Shown here: in pieces, positions 47,136 through 57,848 of the stretch
Position numbering within the stretch: position 1 is the stretch's first letter
Layout of the letters: every line of letters starts with the position of its first letter
Assembly: GCA_039630485.1 (NCBI GenBank)
Contig: JBCNUX010000002.1
Coordinates: forward strand, 8,273 to 72,272
Source: Chlorobiota bacterium
GTDB lineage: Bacteria > Bacteroidota > Ignavibacteria > Kapaibacteriales > HRBIN21
Length of the DNA stretch: 64,000 nucleotides
Reading direction: 5' to 3'
Translations under genes and position numbers: made by a program
The notes under the pieces: model-generated
Database searches by the model: none
Told to the model about the DNA's origin: nothing
The model's input: the letters and a program-made list of their open reading frames with translations, nothing else

Positions 47136-48490
47136 TAGTAACCTCGGACTACGCCGACGCCTCGGCCTCGGAGTCGACCGCTCTTCATGAATCCGTCGTA
47201 GTGTCGCATGAGTAGATGTGACTCAATCTGCTGCAGTGTATCGAGGGCAACCCCGACGATGATGAGGAGACTTGTCCCTCCAAAGAATGAGGCTAACTCA
47301 GAGGGGACACTCAGCACATTGTGCACGAAGACCGGCAGAATAGCCACAACGGCTAGGAAGAGTGCTCCCGGCAACGTAATCCTCGTTAGGACTCGGTCTA
47401 TGTATTCAGCAGTTGGGGCTCCTGGACGAATGCCAGGGATGAAGCCGCCTTGCTTCTTGATTGTGTCTGCAACCTCCCGTGGGTTGAACACAATGGCCGT
47501 GTAGAAGTAGGCGAAGAAGACAATCATGACGCTGTACAGGATTGCATACAGGAAGGAGCGCTCACTGAATAGAGCGGCCAGAGTTTCCAGGAATCGGCTT
47601 TCGGGGAAGAAGGTGTAGATGGTCGCAGGAATGAAGAGGATTGCCTGTGCAAACACGATCGGCATCACACCTGCGGAATTGACACGTAGGGGGAGGTATT
47701 GGGTTGTCCCGCCGTAAACCTTGCGGCCTACTACGCGGCGGGCATACTGCACAGGGATGCGCCGGATGCCTTGGGTAACGTAGACCACAGCCGTTACAAT
47801 TCCCGCCAGCAGGGCCAAGAGGATGATGTCAGTTACCCACAGTCGAGAACCAACGCTGATGAGCTGGATCTCTTGGGCGATTGCCACCGGTAATGCGGCA
47901 ATAATCCCGATGAAGAGGATCAACGAGATGCCGTTGCCAATCCCCCGCTCTGTAATCTGTTCCCCGAGCCACATAAGGAAGATGGTCCCAGCAGTCATAA
48001 ACACGATGGCGCTGAGAGTAAAGCCAATGCCCGGATGGGGAACGACAGGGCCGCCGTTGGGCACCTGCATGCTAGATAACTTGATGCTGACACCCCATGC
48101 CTGTAGAGCAGCGATGAAGACCGTCAAGACACGGGTATACTGGTTGATTTTGCGACGGCCCTCCTCACCTTCACGCTGGAGACGCTGGACTTCTGGGATA
48201 ACGACTGCGGCCAACTGGAGGATAATCGAGGCGGAGATGTACGGCATGATGCCAAGGGCAAAGATGGCAGCATTCGAGAAGGCGCCTCCGACAAAGAGGT
48301 CGTAAAGCCCAAAGAGGGTGTTATCCATGCCCAACCCAGCAACCTGCTGGAGGGCTTGGACATCAATGCCTGGGAGCGTGATATGGCTGCCTATGCGGAC
48401 GACAACGAGAACCCCTAGCGTGAAGAGGATGCGCTGGCGTAGCTCTTCGATATGCCAGATGTTCCGCAGTGTCTCAACGAACCGTGCCAT
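47135..48490 (-). CDS. secY: Preprotein translocase subunit SecY
   Basis: 451 aa, ten TM segments. N-terminus ...ELRQRILFTLGVLVVVRIGSHITLPG. Confidence 0.95.
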   Translation of the reverse strand: MARFVETLRNIWHIEELRQRILFTLGVLVVVRIGSHITLPGIDVQALQQVAGLGMDNTLFGLYDLFVGGAFSNAAIFALGIMPYISASIILQLAAVVIPEVQRLQREGEEGRRKINQYTRVLTVFIAALQAWGVSIKLSSMQVPNGGPVVPHPGIGFTLSAIVFMTAGTIFLMWLGEQITERGIGNGISLILFIGIIAALPVAIAQEIQLISVGSRLWVTDIILLALLAGIVTAVVYVTQGIRRIPVQYARRVVGRKVYGGTTQYLPLRVNSAGVMPIVFAQAILFIPATIYTFFPESRFLETLAALFSERSFLYAILYSVMIVFFAYFYTAIVFNPREVADTIKKQGGFIPGIRPGAPTAEYIDRVLTRITLPGALFLAVVAILPVFVHNVLSVPSELASFFGGTSLLIIVGVALDTLQQIESHLLMRHYDGFMKSGRLRGRGVGVVRGY

Positions 48491-48950
48491 AGGAGACTAC
48501 CTTTCCGCCGGCCGACATGATTTTCTGTTGGGCGGTTGCAGAGAAGTGGTGGGCATGCACTTCCAGGGCCGTCTGTAGCTCGCCATCACCTAGAATTTTG
48601 ACTGGCCTCCTGCTACGTACGACGCCGAGCTCGTAGAGCAGTTCTGGGGTAACGACTGTCCCTGGGCTCAGGCGCCCCTGGTCTACGAGCTCCTGCAGTC
48701 GTCCAACGTTGACCTCTTGGTACTCCACCCGTAGCGGGTTGCGGAAGCCACGCTTCGGCACTCGGCGGTGCAAGGGCATCTGCCCGCCCTCGAAGCCTGG
48801 AGGCTGCGAGAAGCCGGCCCGAGATTTGTGCCCTTTGTGTCCTCGCGTTGCTGTCCGGCCATGTCCAGAGCCGACACCGCGTCCGACACGCTTTGGGCGC
48901 TTGCGCGATCCAGGAGCTGGACGAAGAGAGCCGATGTGGAATGCTGTCAT
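48474..48950 (-). CDS. rplO: 50S ribosomal protein L15
   Basis: Gly/Arg-rich N-terminus [20 protein letters not shown]. Operon position. Confidence 0.93.
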   Translation of the reverse strand: MTAFHIGSLRPAPGSRKRPKRVGRGVGSGHGRTATRGHKGHKSRAGFSQPPGFEGGQMPLHRRVPKRGFRNPLRVEYQEVNVGRLQELVDQGRLSPGTVVTPELLYELGVVRSRRPVKILGDGELQTALEVHAHHFSATAQQKIMSAGGKVVSYGTVR

Positions 48951-49144
48951 TCTGCCCCCTCCTTAACCTCCTCTACTCGTACCAGATGCTTCACCACGGC
49001 AATCATACCCTCGATCTGAGGATTCTTCGGTTGCACGACACTCCAGTTGGGGCGTCCCAGTCCCAAGGCCCGGATTGTACGCTTCTGTTTTTCGTTCGCA
49101 CCGATGATACTACGCACCTGCGTTATCTTGAGCTTGACTCCCAT
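48947..49144 (-). CDS. rpmD: 50S ribosomal protein L30
   Basis: Start set to ATG at 49144 ([15 protein letters not shown]...), the canonical L30 N-terminus. Overlaps the rpsE 3' end by 35 nt. Confidence 0.88.
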   Translation of the reverse strand: MGVKLKITQVRSIIGANEKQKRTIRALGLGRPNWSVVQPKNPQIEGMIAVVKHLVRVEEVKEGAE

Positions 49145-49676
49145 CACGGCCTCGACTATGGAGTAACTTCTCAACCGGTATCCCAAGGCGTCGTGCAACA
49201 GAGTGGGCATCCTCCAACATCATGAGAGCCTTAAGAGTTGCCTTGACGACGTTATGAGGATTCGTTGAGCCAAGGCACTTCGTCAGCACATCCTGTACTC
49301 CAGCCAGCTCTAATACAGCTCGGACCCCGCCTGCGGCAATTACACCTGTACCTCGGGCAGCCGGGCGCAACAGCACTTTAGCAGCCTTGTACTTGGCGTA
49401 GACTTCGTGCGGGATCGTGGTCCCGGAGAGTTGGACCTTGATGATGCTTTTCCGGGCTGCTTCCGTCGCCTTAGCAACAGCGTCTGTAACTTCACCTGCC
49501 TTCCCCATCCCGAACCCTACGTGCCCCTTACCGTCGCCGACGACGACAAGGGCAGTGAAGCTGAAGCGACGCCCTCCGGCAACAACTTTTGCTGTCCGAC
49601 CAACGTACACTAGCTTCTCCTTGAGCTCCAGTTCTGTCGGTATACGGAGCCTTGGAGTTTTAATGAAGCGTCCCAT
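49110..49676 (-). CDS. rpsE: 30S ribosomal protein S5
   Basis: [36 protein letters not shown] motif. Confidence 0.95.
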   Translation of the reverse strand: MGRFIKTPRLRIPTELELKEKLVYVGRTAKVVAGGRRFSFTALVVVGDGKGHVGFGMGKAGEVTDAVAKATEAARKSIIKVQLSGTTIPHEVYAKYKAAKVLLRPAARGTGVIAAGGVRAVLELAGVQDVLTKCLGSTNPHNVVKATLKALMMLEDAHSVARRLGIPVEKLLHSRGRDGSQAQDNAGA

Positions 49677-49704
49677 TGGCGTGTTTGCTGAGCATGTCCG
49701 ACTA

Positions 49705-50085
49705 TTAGAACTGCAATCCTGCTTGGCGAGCGGCCTCGGCTAACGCTTTGACTCGGCCATGATACTTGTAGCCGTTGCGGTCAAAGACAACTGCATGGAT
49801 CCCAGCTTTCAAAGCCCGTTCAGCTAAGGCGCGTCCCACTACTTGCGCCTGGGCCACCTTTGGACGTACCGACGAGACCTCTGCTCGGAGTTCCCGATCC
49901 ATAGTAGAGGCTGAAACCAACGTGTGGCCCTGAGTGTCGTCAATGATCTGCGCGTAGATGTGCTTGAGACTACGGTGGACCGTTAGTCGCGGACGCTCTG
50001 GGGTTCCGAAGACCTTCTTCCGCACCCGTAGTTTGCGCCGCAGGCGCCTCTTCTGCCTCTTCTTCTGCTGGCACCGAATATCCAT
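49705..50085 (-). CDS. rplR: 50S ribosomal protein L18
   Basis: [20 protein letters not shown] and [13 protein letters not shown] motifs. Confidence 0.93.
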   Translation of the reverse strand: MDIRCQQKKRQKRRLRRKLRVRKKVFGTPERPRLTVHRSLKHIYAQIIDDTQGHTLVSASTMDRELRAEVSSVRPKVAQAQVVGRALAERALKAGIHAVVFDRNGYKYHGRVKALAEAARQAGLQF

Positions 50086-50097
50086 GGCTCCGTTTAT

Positions 50098-50640
50098 TTA
50101 CCGACCTGCTGCCTTACCTGCTTTCCGTCGGATGTATTCGCCTTCATAGCGGATTCCTTTGCCTTTGTATGGTTCAGGCGGGCGGATAGCACGGATGCGC
50201 GCAGCGACTTCCCCCACGAGCTGTTTATCAATACCAGACACCTGGATGACATTTGGTGCTGGGACCGCTATCGAGATGCCTTCTGGTGGGATGAAGAGGA
50301 CCGGGTGGGAGTAACCAATAGTCAACAGCAACCGGTTCTGTCCTCGCAGCTCTGCACGGTAGCCGATACCCTCTATCTGGAGCGTTCGTGTGAAGCCAGT
50401 TGTTACCCCTTGGACAGCCGAAGCTGCCAGAGCTCGGGCCAAGCCGTGAGCGGCTCGGACCTTCTTCTCGTCACTCTGCCGAGAGAAGTGGAGCTTTCCC
50501 TCCCGATAATCGCATTGGATCCCAGCTAATAGGGGGACCTGGAGCTCTCCCTTGGGCCCACGAATTCGCAGGGCATCCGAGAGGATCTCTACTTGCACAC
50601 CAGCCGGTATGGGGAGCGGTCTCTTTCCAATCCGCGACAT
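50098..50640 (-). CDS. rplF: 50S ribosomal protein L6
   Basis: MSRIGKRPLPIPAGV... is a canonical L6 N-terminus. Confidence 0.95.
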   Translation of the reverse strand: MSRIGKRPLPIPAGVQVEILSDALRIRGPKGELQVPLLAGIQCDYREGKLHFSRQSDEKKVRAAHGLARALAASAVQGVTTGFTRTLQIEGIGYRAELRGQNRLLLTIGYSHPVLFIPPEGISIAVPAPNVIQVSGIDKQLVGEVAARIRAIRPPEPYKGKGIRYEGEYIRRKAGKAAGR

Positions 50641-50652
50641 AGCTGAAGCTCC

Positions 50653-51051
50653 TCAAAACACCTTACAGATGACTTCTCCGCCGATTCCCAACCGACGGGC
50701 TTCTGCGTCGGTCATAACACCACGGGACGTTGAAATGATAGCGATCCCCAGTCCATTGTAGACGTGTGGTAACTCCTCAACACCAGCGTAAATCCGGCGA
50801 CCTGGTTTGCTGACTCGAACAACTTCTCGTAGTGCAGGTCGGCCATTCATGTACCGGAGCATCAGCCGGAGAGTACCCTGCTTGCCATCCTCGATGTACT
50901 CGTAGTCGCCGATGTAGCCCCGCTCTTTGAGGATGGCCGCGATTGCAATTTTCAGGCGGCTTGCAGGGCACTCCACTGTGCGATGCCGCGCTGCATATCC
51001 GTTCCGGATGCGCGTCAAGAAATCGCCAATCGTGTCGCTAACAACAGCCAT
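50653..51051 (-). CDS. rpsH: 30S ribosomal protein S8
   Basis: DTIGDFLTRIRNG... is a canonical S8 N-terminus. Confidence 0.95.
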   Translation of the reverse strand: MAVVSDTIGDFLTRIRNGYAARHRTVECPASRLKIAIAAILKERGYIGDYEYIEDGKQGTLRLMLRYMNGRPALREVVRVSKPGRRIYAGVEELPHVYNGLGIAIISTSRGVMTDAEARRLGIGGEVICKVF

Positions 51052-51061
51052 GGTGTTGTGG

Positions 51062-51331
51062 CTACCAGCTTGCCTTACGGACTCCAGGAATCTTACCCTC
51101 TAAAGCTAACTGCCGCAGGACAACACGGCATAGGCCGAACTTGCGGTAGACAGCTCGCCCACGGCCTGTTACGAAACAGCGGTTCCGAAGGCGGACAGGA
51201 GAGGAATTCCGAGGTAGCTTGTGGAGTTCTTCCCACCGACCCTCGCGCTTGAGCTGCTCCCGAAGGGCAGCGTACTTTTGAACCAAGTGCCGACGCCTTT
51301 CGTTGCGTGCCATTACGCTGATCTTGGACAT
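51062..51331 (-). CDS. rpsN: 30S ribosomal protein S14 (long, non-zinc form)
   Basis: 89 aa. ...[21 protein letters not shown]...IPGVRKASW. No CxxC pairs. Confidence 0.93.
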   Translation of the reverse strand: MSKISVMARNERRRHLVQKYAALREQLKREGRWEELHKLPRNSSPVRLRNRCFVTGRGRAVYRKFGLCRVVLRQLALEGKIPGVRKASW

Positions 51332-51336
51332 GGTCT

Positions 51337-51960
51337 TCAGCTACGCTTTTGGAACGGGAAACCGAACTCGCTGAGCAGGGCATATGCTTCTTCATCCGTT
51401 GGTGCCGTTGTGACGAACGTAATGTCCATGCCGAGGATGTGGTTGACTTTGTCCACGTCAATCTCCGGAAAGATGATCTGCTCTTTGATGCCAACGGTAT
51501 AGTTGCCACGCCCGTCGAAGCTTCGGTCGGGAAAACCACGAAAATCGCGGATGCGAGGGACAGCGATGTTGATGAAGCGATCCAAAAACTCGTACATCCG
51601 GGCATGCCGCAGAGTTACCATGCAGCCGATCGGCATTCCAGCACGTAGCTTGAAGTTCGCGATGGATTTCCGAGCGTACGTAACTACTGGGCGCTGGCCA
51701 GCGATGAGCTCTAAGTGGTTGAAGGCTTCCTGAAGGATTCTGGTGTCCTGCGTAGCGCGTCCTACCCCCATGTTGATGACGATCTTCTCTAGCCTCGGCA
51801 CCTGCATGACAGATCGGTAGCCGAAGCGCTTCATCAGAGTAGGTACGATGTGCTCCTTGTAGTACAGCCACAACCGTGGTGGGGGGACAGGACCAGTATA
51901 CTCTTCCAGTCGGGGCCCTTCGGGTTTAAACTCAATCACCTTCCGCTTCACACGTGCCAT
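51337..51960 (-). CDS. rplE: 50S ribosomal protein L5 with ~27-aa N-terminal extension
   Basis: The core aligns from [38 protein letters not shown]. The ATG at 51960 lies 9 nt after the rplX stop, and no in-frame ATG lies closer to the core. Confidence 0.92.
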   Translation of the reverse strand: MARVKRKVIEFKPEGPRLEEYTGPVPPPRLWLYYKEHIVPTLMKRFGYRSVMQVPRLEKIVINMGVGRATQDTRILQEAFNHLELIAGQRPVVTYARKSIANFKLRAGMPIGCMVTLRHARMYEFLDRFINIAVPRIRDFRGFPDRSFDGRGNYTVGIKEQIIFPEIDVDKVNHILGMDITFVTTAPTDEEAYALLSEFGFPFQKRS

Positions 51961-51969
51961 GGTCCTGCT

Positions 51970-52293
51970 CTACGGAATTTCCTCGCCTGTGGTCTTCGCT
52001 ATTCGGACTCGAACGATTTTGCCATCGCGCTCCACTCGTCGGACGCTGACCCGTGTAGGGCGGCCATTGCTGTCTACCAACATGACGTTGGAGTAATGGA
52101 TAGGCATTTCTTTGCTAATGATCCCGCCCTGCGGGTATCGTGGGCTAGGCCGTACGTGCTTTTTGCGCACGTTGACTCCCTCCACGAGGACTCGCATCTT
52201 TTTGGGGTAGACCGCTAGCACTTTGCCGATTTTGCCTTTGTCGTTTCCGGCGATCACCATAACCGTGTCTCCCTGCTTGATCTTCAGTGCCAT
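51970..52293 (-). CDS. rplX: 50S ribosomal protein L24
   Basis: [25 protein letters not shown] motif. Confidence 0.95.
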   Translation of the reverse strand: MALKIKQGDTVMVIAGNDKGKIGKVLAVYPKKMRVLVEGVNVRKKHVRPSPRYPQGGIISKEMPIHYSNVMLVDSNGRPTRVSVRRVERDGKIVRVRIAKTTGEEIP

Positions 52294-52310
52294 GGTATGG
52301 TTTGCAGGCT

Positions 52311-52679
52311 TTAAACAACCTCCGGCGCTAGCGAGATAATCTTCATGAAGTTTTTCTCCCGCAGCTCTCGGGCCACGGGGCCAAAGACTCGGGTGCCCCG
52401 GGGCTCTCCTGCGGGAGTGAGGAGGACCACGGCATTATCGTCAAAGCGCACATAGGTACCGTCCTTACGGCGGATTCCCTTGCGCGTACGCACAATGACG
52501 GCTTTGTGGACCTCCCCCTTTTTGACACCCGAGTGAGGAACAGCGGATTTGATGGACACAACGATCACATCTCCAACACTCCCGTAACGTCGGCTGCTGC
52601 CGCCGAGCACACGAATGCACCGTACAACCTTTGCACCGGAGTTGTCTGCCACAACCAGGTTGGATTCCTGCTGGATCAT
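52311..52679 (-). CDS. rplN: 50S ribosomal protein L14
   Basis: Start set to ATG at 52679 ([17 protein letters not shown]...), 122 aa. ATGA overlap with rpsQ. Confidence 0.95.
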   Translation of the reverse strand: MIQQESNLVVADNSGAKVVRCIRVLGGSSRRYGSVGDVIVVSIKSAVPHSGVKKGEVHKAVIVRTRKGIRRKDGTYVRFDDNAVVLLTPAGEPRGTRVFGPVARELREKNFMKIISLAPEVV

Positions 52680-53074
52680 AGCTCCTCCGCACTCAGCTGT
52701 TGGTGCGACCGCTGCAAGATCTCTACCAACATCCAGCGCTTTCTCCGGCTTAAGGGACGCCACTCAACGACTTTGACGAGGTCGCCGATTTGGCACCGAT
52801 TGTGTTCGTCGTGAGCCATGACCTTTGTCGTCCGCTTGTAGGTCTTCTTGTAGAGCGGATGCATGACATCGCGCTCGATTGCGACGACAATGGTCTTATG
52901 TGCTTTGTTACTGACCACGCGTCCGATCAGAACTCTCCGCCTACCGTATCGCCTAGCCCGTGCGGGGGAGGGTTGGGCTACCTGTGGGTGTTCTTCACTG
53001 GGTACCGTCGGTTCGGGTGATTCTGCCGTGTGGAGTGCCTGTTCTTCCATGGCTGTGGCTTCTTCTTTGTTCAT
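52676..53074 (-). CDS. rpsQ: 30S ribosomal protein S17 with ~40-45-aa acidic/Pro-rich N-terminal extension
   Basis: The core runs from [33 protein letters not shown]. The ATG at 53074 forms an ATGA overlap with rpmC; an alternative ATG at 53050 still leaves a long extension. Confidence 0.9.
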   Translation of the reverse strand: MNKEEATAMEEQALHTAESPEPTVPSEEHPQVAQPSPARARRYGRRRVLIGRVVSNKAHKTIVVAIERDVMHPLYKKTYKRTTKVMAHDEHNRCQIGDLVKVVEWRPLSRRKRWMLVEILQRSHQQLSAEEL

Positions 53075-53274
53075 GTGCGAACCCCACGTTCGTGCAGGAT
53101 GGTTTTAATACGTGCGATGTCTTTTCGCAGGGTCCGAAGGGCAGCGACATTTTCCAACTGCTTGAGGGCATGTTGGAAGCGGAGCGTCTGCAAGGTTCGC
53201 TCCGTTTCACGTAGTAATTGGCGGAGCTCTTCTGTGGTGAGCTGTCGAAGCTCTGCGGCTTTTCGGGGTTTCAT
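53071..53274 (-). CDS. rpmC: 50S ribosomal protein L29
   Basis: 67 aa. [14 protein letters not shown] pattern. Operon position. Confidence 0.93.
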   Translation of the reverse strand: MKPRKAAELRQLTTEELRQLLRETERTLQTLRFQHALKQLENVAALRTLRKDIARIKTILHERGVRT

Positions 53275-53696
53275 GGTGCCGTTGCGAGCTCCAATCGTTC
53301 TACGACCTTCGTCTTGAGCGGTAGCTTGTGCGAAGCTAACCGCAGTGCTTCGTGGGCTGCTTCCCGAGAGACACCGTCTACCTCAAACAGAATCCGTCCC
53401 CGCTTGACGACAGCTACCCAGAGCTCGGGACTCCCTTTACCACCGCCCATGCGGGTTTCCAAGGGTTTTTTCGTTACAGGCTTATCGGGGAAGACCCGAA
53501 TCCAGATCTTCCCGCCTCGCTTTAGGTGGCGGCTGATGGCAATACGAGCGGCCTCCAACTGCTGGGCGGTTACCCAGCCTCCCTCAACGGCTTTCAATCC
53601 ATAGGAGCCGAATGCTAGGGTGGCACCGCGGAAGCTCTTGCCGCGGACGCGCCCCCGCTGCGTTTTCCGGTACCGCGGTCGTCGTGGCATCAACAT
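53271..53696 (-). CDS. rplP: 50S ribosomal protein L16
   Basis: [16 protein letters not shown]... is a canonical L16 N-terminus. Confidence 0.95.
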   Translation of the reverse strand: MLMPRRPRYRKTQRGRVRGKSFRGATLAFGSYGLKAVEGGWVTAQQLEAARIAISRHLKRGGKIWIRVFPDKPVTKKPLETRMGGGKGSPELWVAVVKRGRILFEVDGVSREAAHEALRLASHKLPLKTKVVERLELATAP

Positions 53697-53699
53697 GGC

Positions 53700-54356
53700 T
53701 TAGCTCCCTCGCTCACGAGCTGAGCGGCGCTGTAAGACTTCTCCACGGCAAATCCATACTTTGACGCCGATAGTGCCGTAAATCGTGTAAGCAGTAGCAA
53801 ACCCATAGTCAATGTCAGCTCGTAGTGTCTGAAGGGGCACACGGCCTTCCAGGTACTGTTCTCTTCGCGACATCTCAGCACCACCGAGACGGCCTGAGCA
53901 CTTGATACGGATACCTTCGGCACCCATGCGCATAGCGGCTGCAACAGCTTGTTTCATAGCTCTGCGGAAAGAGATCCGGTTCTCAATCTGCTGTGCAATG
54001 TTCTCTGCCACTAGCTGGGCATCAAGTTCCGGACGCTTGATCTCCGAAATGCGGACTCGGACCTCTTTCCCACCTGTCAAATGCCGCAGTTCTTCCTCAA
54101 GCTGGGCAATGTCCTTACCTGAGCGCCCAATGATGACGCCTGGGCGGGAGCTTTGGATTGTAATCGTAATCGCCTTGCCACTGCGTTCGATCACAATCCG
54201 TGAGACACCAGCATGTTTGAGGCGCTGCTTGAGGTAAGAGCGGAGTCGAATGTCTTCGTGGAGCTTCTCTGCGAAGTTCTTCTCGTCGAACCAGTAGGCG
54301 TCCCACTCTCGGGTAATCCCGAGCCGGAATCCAATGGGATGGACTTTCTGTCCCAC
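53700..54356 (-). CDS. rpsC: 30S ribosomal protein S3
   Basis: [14 protein letters not shown]... is a canonical S3 N-terminus, with a KH domain. Confidence 0.95.
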   Translation of the reverse strand: MGQKVHPIGFRLGITREWDAYWFDEKNFAEKLHEDIRLRSYLKQRLKHAGVSRIVIERSGKAITITIQSSRPGVIIGRSGKDIAQLEEELRHLTGGKEVRVRISEIKRPELDAQLVAENIAQQIENRISFRRAMKQAVAAAMRMGAEGIRIKCSGRLGGAEMSRREQYLEGRVPLQTLRADIDYGFATAYTIYGTIGVKVWICRGEVLQRRSARERGS

Positions 54357-54358
54357 GG

Positions 54359-54733
54359 CTACGACCGCTGTGTTACTGAGACATCCTTGAGGAGCTTCAC
54401 GACGAGAGTTAGATGATTCGTCCGCCGGCGAATCCAGTATGCTCGGCCCATGGGTGCGGGGAGGATGCGCTTGAACATTGGGCCTGAGTCGACATATGCT
54501 CGAGTGATGACTACATCGGCGGGATCGATAGAGACGTTGTCCTGTTGGGCGGCGAGGTTTGCTAAGGCTGACCGTAGGGCCTTCTCAGCATATCGAGCCG
54601 CACGCTTCGGGGAGAGGCGTAGCAAGCTCAGCGCTTCTGCAGCGGTTTTGTATCGAATCATGTCCACAACAAGCCGCATCTTCCGCGGTGAGCAGCGAAG
54701 ATATCGAGCTACGGCACGTGCTTCCATGGCCAT
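54359..54733 (-). CDS. rplV: 50S ribosomal protein L22
   Basis: (MA)[25 protein letters not shown]. Start at ATG 54733 or 54727; the ORF-track start at 54742 is a GTG overlapping the rpsS stop. Confidence 0.92.
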   Translation of the reverse strand: MAMEARAVARYLRCSPRKMRLVVDMIRYKTAAEALSLLRLSPKRAARYAEKALRSALANLAAQQDNVSIDPADVVITRAYVDSGPMFKRILPAPMGRAYWIRRRTNHLTLVVKLLKDVSVTQRS

Positions 54734-54738
54734 GTTCC

Positions 54739-55029
54739 TCACTTGCGGGTAGCCGTTCGCTGTTCCTTTCGGTGGCCAGAGTGGCCACGGTAGGTTCGGG
54801 TCGGCGCAAATTCTCCTAACCGATGGCCAACCATGTTCTCCGTTACGTAGACGGGGATGAACTTATTGCCGTTGTGCACGGCGAAGGTATGCCCTACGAA
54901 CTCTGGGAGGATCATCGAAGCACGGGACCATGTCTTGATGACGCGCTTCTCCCCAGAGGCGTTGAGTTGGTGGACTTTCTTGAGGAGTTTGGGATGAACG
55001 TATGGCCCTTTCTTCAGCGAGCGTGCCAT
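54739..55029 (-). CDS. rpsS: 30S ribosomal protein S19
   Basis: [11 protein letters not shown]... and GHTFAVHNG motifs. Confidence 0.95.
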   Translation of the reverse strand: MARSLKKGPYVHPKLLKKVHQLNASGEKRVIKTWSRASMILPEFVGHTFAVHNGNKFIPVYVTENMVGHRLGEFAPTRTYRGHSGHRKEQRTATRK

Positions 55030-55032
55030 GGC

Positions 55033-55866
55033 TTACTTGCGCCGCCGCAAGATGTACTTGTCCGACTGCTTGTTCTTCTTTCGGGTCTTGAGGCCCTTCG
55101 CCAACTGGCCCCAAGGGGATTCAGGGTGTTGACGGCCGCCACCAGACTTGGAGCGCCCTTCGCCTCCACCATTCGGGTGGTCTACTGGGTTCATAGCGAT
55201 CCCTCTAGTCTGCGGGCGGACCCCAAGCCAGCGCAGGCGACCGGCTTTGCCGTACGAGATGTTCTCGTGGTCGGGATTGCTAACTTGTCCAATTGTCGCC
55301 ATGCAGCGGGAGAGAATCTGCCGCATCTCCCCGGAGGGGAGCTTGACGATGGCGTACTTACCTTCACACCCCATCAGCTGAGCGGCGGTTCCAGCGCTCC
55401 GAACCAGCTGCCCGCCCTTGCCGGGCTTGAGCTCTATGTTGTGAATTAGTGTCCCAGGGGGGATTCGGTAGAGTGGGAGGGCATTCCCAACCTTAATCTC
55501 GGCCTGAGGGCCGGACTCTATCGTATCGCCCACTTTGAGCCCATCGGGGGCAAGGATATAGCGATGTTCTCCGTCTTCGTACTGGACTAAAGCAATTCGC
55601 GCCGAGCGGTTAGGGTCATACTCGATGGTAATGACTCGGGCTGGGATCCCAATCTTGTTCCGCTTGAAGTCAATGATGCGGTAGCGTCGCTTGTGGCGGC
55701 CACCACGGTGACGAGAAGTGATACGCCCCAAGTTGTTCCGCCCGCCCGTGCTTTTGAGGGGTTGCAAGAGGGGCTTGAAGGGACGGTCGGTGGTGAGCTC
55801 TTCGAAGGTACTCACTGAATAGAAGCGCGTACCTGGTGTGATAGGTTTCAAGACTCGAATTCCCAT
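55033..55866 (-). CDS. rplB: 50S ribosomal protein L2
   Basis: 277 aa. GRNN.GRIT.RHRGGGHKR-type and [13 protein letters not shown] motifs. Confidence 0.95.
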   Translation of the reverse strand: MGIRVLKPITPGTRFYSVSTFEELTTDRPFKPLLQPLKSTGGRNNLGRITSRHRGGRHKRRYRIIDFKRNKIGIPARVITIEYDPNRSARIALVQYEDGEHRYILAPDGLKVGDTIESGPQAEIKVGNALPLYRIPPGTLIHNIELKPGKGGQLVRSAGTAAQLMGCEGKYAIVKLPSGEMRQILSRCMATIGQVSNPDHENISYGKAGRLRWLGVRPQTRGIAMNPVDHPNGGGEGRSKSGGGRQHPESPWGQLAKGLKTRKKNKQSDKYILRRRK

Positions 55867-55877
55867 GGTTCCTGGAC

Positions 55878-56192
55878 CTACGTAGTGCTCTCTGCCTGCG
55901 TTGGTTGACCTTCGACGAGGTCAATGTGGTAGCCCTCCCGGAGAGTCACATACGCTTTCTTCCGGTCGGGGAGACGGCCTTCGATACGATGGCCGCGGAT
56001 GAAGCGAACACGTCGTTTCCCCTTGATACGGACAGTCCGGACACTTTCGACCTTGACCTCGAAGAGCTGCTCTATGGCCTGCTTGATTTGTAGCTTGTTA
56101 GCCTTCGGATCAACCTCAAAGACATACTGACGCTGCGCTTGGAGCTTGAGGGCCTTCTCTGTAATGATGGGGCGCTTAAGAATGTTCCACAT
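55878..56192 (-). CDS. rplW: 50S ribosomal protein L23
   Basis: [11 protein letters not shown]... is a canonical L23 N-terminus. Confidence 0.93.
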   Translation of the reverse strand: MWNILKRPIITEKALKLQAQRQYVFEVDPKANKLQIKQAIEQLFEVKVESVRTVRIKGKRRVRFIRGHRIEGRLPDRKKAYVTLREGYHIDLVEGQPTQAESTT

Positions 56193-56826
56193 GGCTGTAC
56201 TCCTCGCCGAAGGAGGCTACCAATGGTTCAATGGCACCACGGAAGAGCAGTAACTTCTGATGTGCCAGGAGATGATAGGCCGAGGCCTGTGGGGCCAGCA
56301 TCGTCGTCACTAGCGGGAGATTGCGGGCCGAGTAGACAATTGTTTCATCGACCTGGGGCAAGAGGATCAGGGTCTTTGCCCTGTCTAGCTGCAGGTTACG
56401 GAGCACCTCTACCATCAGCTTTGTCTTGATCTGCTCCAGAGTGAAGTCCTGTACTACGATGAGGTTCCCCTCGCGAGCTCGGAGAGAGAGTGCAGATTTA
56501 CGGGCTAGTCGCTTGACTTTCTTGGGAAGCTCGAGGGTGTAGTCACGGGGCCGAGGGCCATGCACTTTCCCTCCACCGACCCAGAGGGGAGAGCGGACGG
56601 AGCCGTGGCGAGCCCGTCCGGTGCCTTTCTGACGCCATGGCTTCCGGCCGCCGCCGCGCACTTCTGCGCGAGTCTTGACTTTGTGGGTTCCCTGGCGGTG
56701 GTTGGCTAAGAACGCCCGGACAGCTAAGTAGAGGGCATGCTCATGTGGCTCAATCCCGAAGATGCTGTCAGGCAATTCCACTTGCCCGATGACGGTCCCA
56801 CTCTTGTCCCATAGATCCACAACCAT
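56176..56826 (-). CDS. rplD: 50S ribosomal protein L4
   Basis: Start set to ATG at 56826 (MVVDLWDKSG...), 4 nt after the rplC stop. RGGGRKPWRQKGTGRAR motif. Confidence 0.93.
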   Translation of the reverse strand: MVVDLWDKSGTVIGQVELPDSIFGIEPHEHALYLAVRAFLANHRQGTHKVKTRAEVRGGGRKPWRQKGTGRARHGSVRSPLWVGGGKVHGPRPRDYTLELPKKVKRLARKSALSLRAREGNLIVVQDFTLEQIKTKLMVEVLRNLQLDRAKTLILLPQVDETIVYSARNLPLVTTMLAPQASAYHLLAHQKLLLFRGAIEPLVASFGEEYSHVEHS

Positions 56827-56830
56827 GGCG

Positions 56831-57454
56831 TTAAAGCTTGACGATTTCCACCAATCCGTTAACCGGCCCAGGGACAGCCCCTTTGACAAGGAGCAAGTTG
56901 TGTTCGGGGACAACTTTGAGAACTTCCAGGTTCCGGATCGTTATCCGCTGGTTCCCCATGCGACCTGCCATTCGAAGTCCCTTGAGGACTCGGGAGGGGA
57001 AAGAAGAGGAGCCGATCGAGCCTGGGGCGCGTTCGCGATTATGCTGTCCGTGAGTCGCCATGCCGACACCACCGAAGCCATGTCGCTTGACAACGCCCTG
57101 GAAGCCTCGGCCTTTGCTGTAGCCCGATACCTTGACCTTATCGCCCGGGGCAAACTGTTCGACTGTGAGGAGTTGACCTATGCGGTAAGAGCTGATCGGG
57201 ATGCGGAACTCCTTGAGGTATCGGACCGGGTCTACTCCCGACCGAGAGAAGAGTCCCTGCAGTGGTTTTGTGAGCTTACGCCTTGGAAGAGATTCAAAAC
57301 CCAGTTGGACAGCTTCGTAACCATCGCGCTCGCGAGTTCGTAGCAGAACGACGGGGCAAGGCCCCGCTTCTATGACGGTACATGCCACGACGCGCCCATT
57401 AGGGAGCGCCGTCTGGGTCATGCCGAGCTTCTTGCCAAGTAGTATGCCCGTCAT
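56831..57454 (-). CDS. rplC: 50S ribosomal protein L3
   Basis: GILLGKKLGMTQ N-terminus and KGRGFQGVVKRHGF motif. Confidence 0.95.
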   Translation of the reverse strand: MTGILLGKKLGMTQTALPNGRVVACTVIEAGPCPVVLLRTRERDGYEAVQLGFESLPRRKLTKPLQGLFSRSGVDPVRYLKEFRIPISSYRIGQLLTVEQFAPGDKVKVSGYSKGRGFQGVVKRHGFGGVGMATHGQHNRERAPGSIGSSSFPSRVLKGLRMAGRMGNQRITIRNLEVLKVVPEHNLLLVKGAVPGPVNGLVEIVKL

Positions 57455-57457
57455 TGT

Positions 57458-57760
57458 CTACACCTTGACCTCTACATCAACACCAGCGGGCAGTTCGAGT
57501 CGCATAAGGGCTTCAACAGTGCGAGGGGAGGCGTTATAGATGTCAATCAGGCGCTTGTGGATACGGATCTCAAACTGCTCCTGGGATTCCTTGTCTATGT
57601 GAGGAGAGCGGTTGACACTGAAGAGCGTACGCTCGGTTGGGAGCGGAATGGGACCGGAGACGACAGCCCCCGTCTGTTTCACCGTTCGGACGATGCGCTC
57701 AGCAGAGCGCTCAATCAGAACGTGGTCATACGATTTCAGCTTAATACGAATCCGCTCCAT
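57458..57760 (-). CDS. rpsJ: 30S ribosomal protein S10
   Basis: [12 protein letters not shown]... is a canonical S10 sequence. Confidence 0.95.
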   Translation of the reverse strand: MERIRIKLKSYDHVLIERSAERIVRTVKQTGAVVSGPIPLPTERTLFSVNRSPHIDKESQEQFEIRIHKRLIDIYNASPRTVEALMRLELPAGVDVEVKV

Positions 57761-57803
57761 CCTCTGCTGTACATGGGATAGGTTGCACTCGCAAATGAGA
57801 TAC

Positions 57804-57834
57804 AGCGGGGGCAGCAGATAGAGCCACCCCCGCT
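57804..57834 (-). terminator. Stem-loop between tuf and rpsJ (possible terminator/attenuator)
   Basis: On the minus strand, AGCGGGGG-15 nt loop-CCCCCGCT starts 15 nt after the tuf stop and is followed by the moderately U-rich GUAUCUCAUUUG. A partial box CTCATTTG (57792-57799) follows, 31 nt upstream of the rpsJ ATG. Confidence 0.35.
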
Positions 57835-57848
57835 ACGTGAACGTGGTT

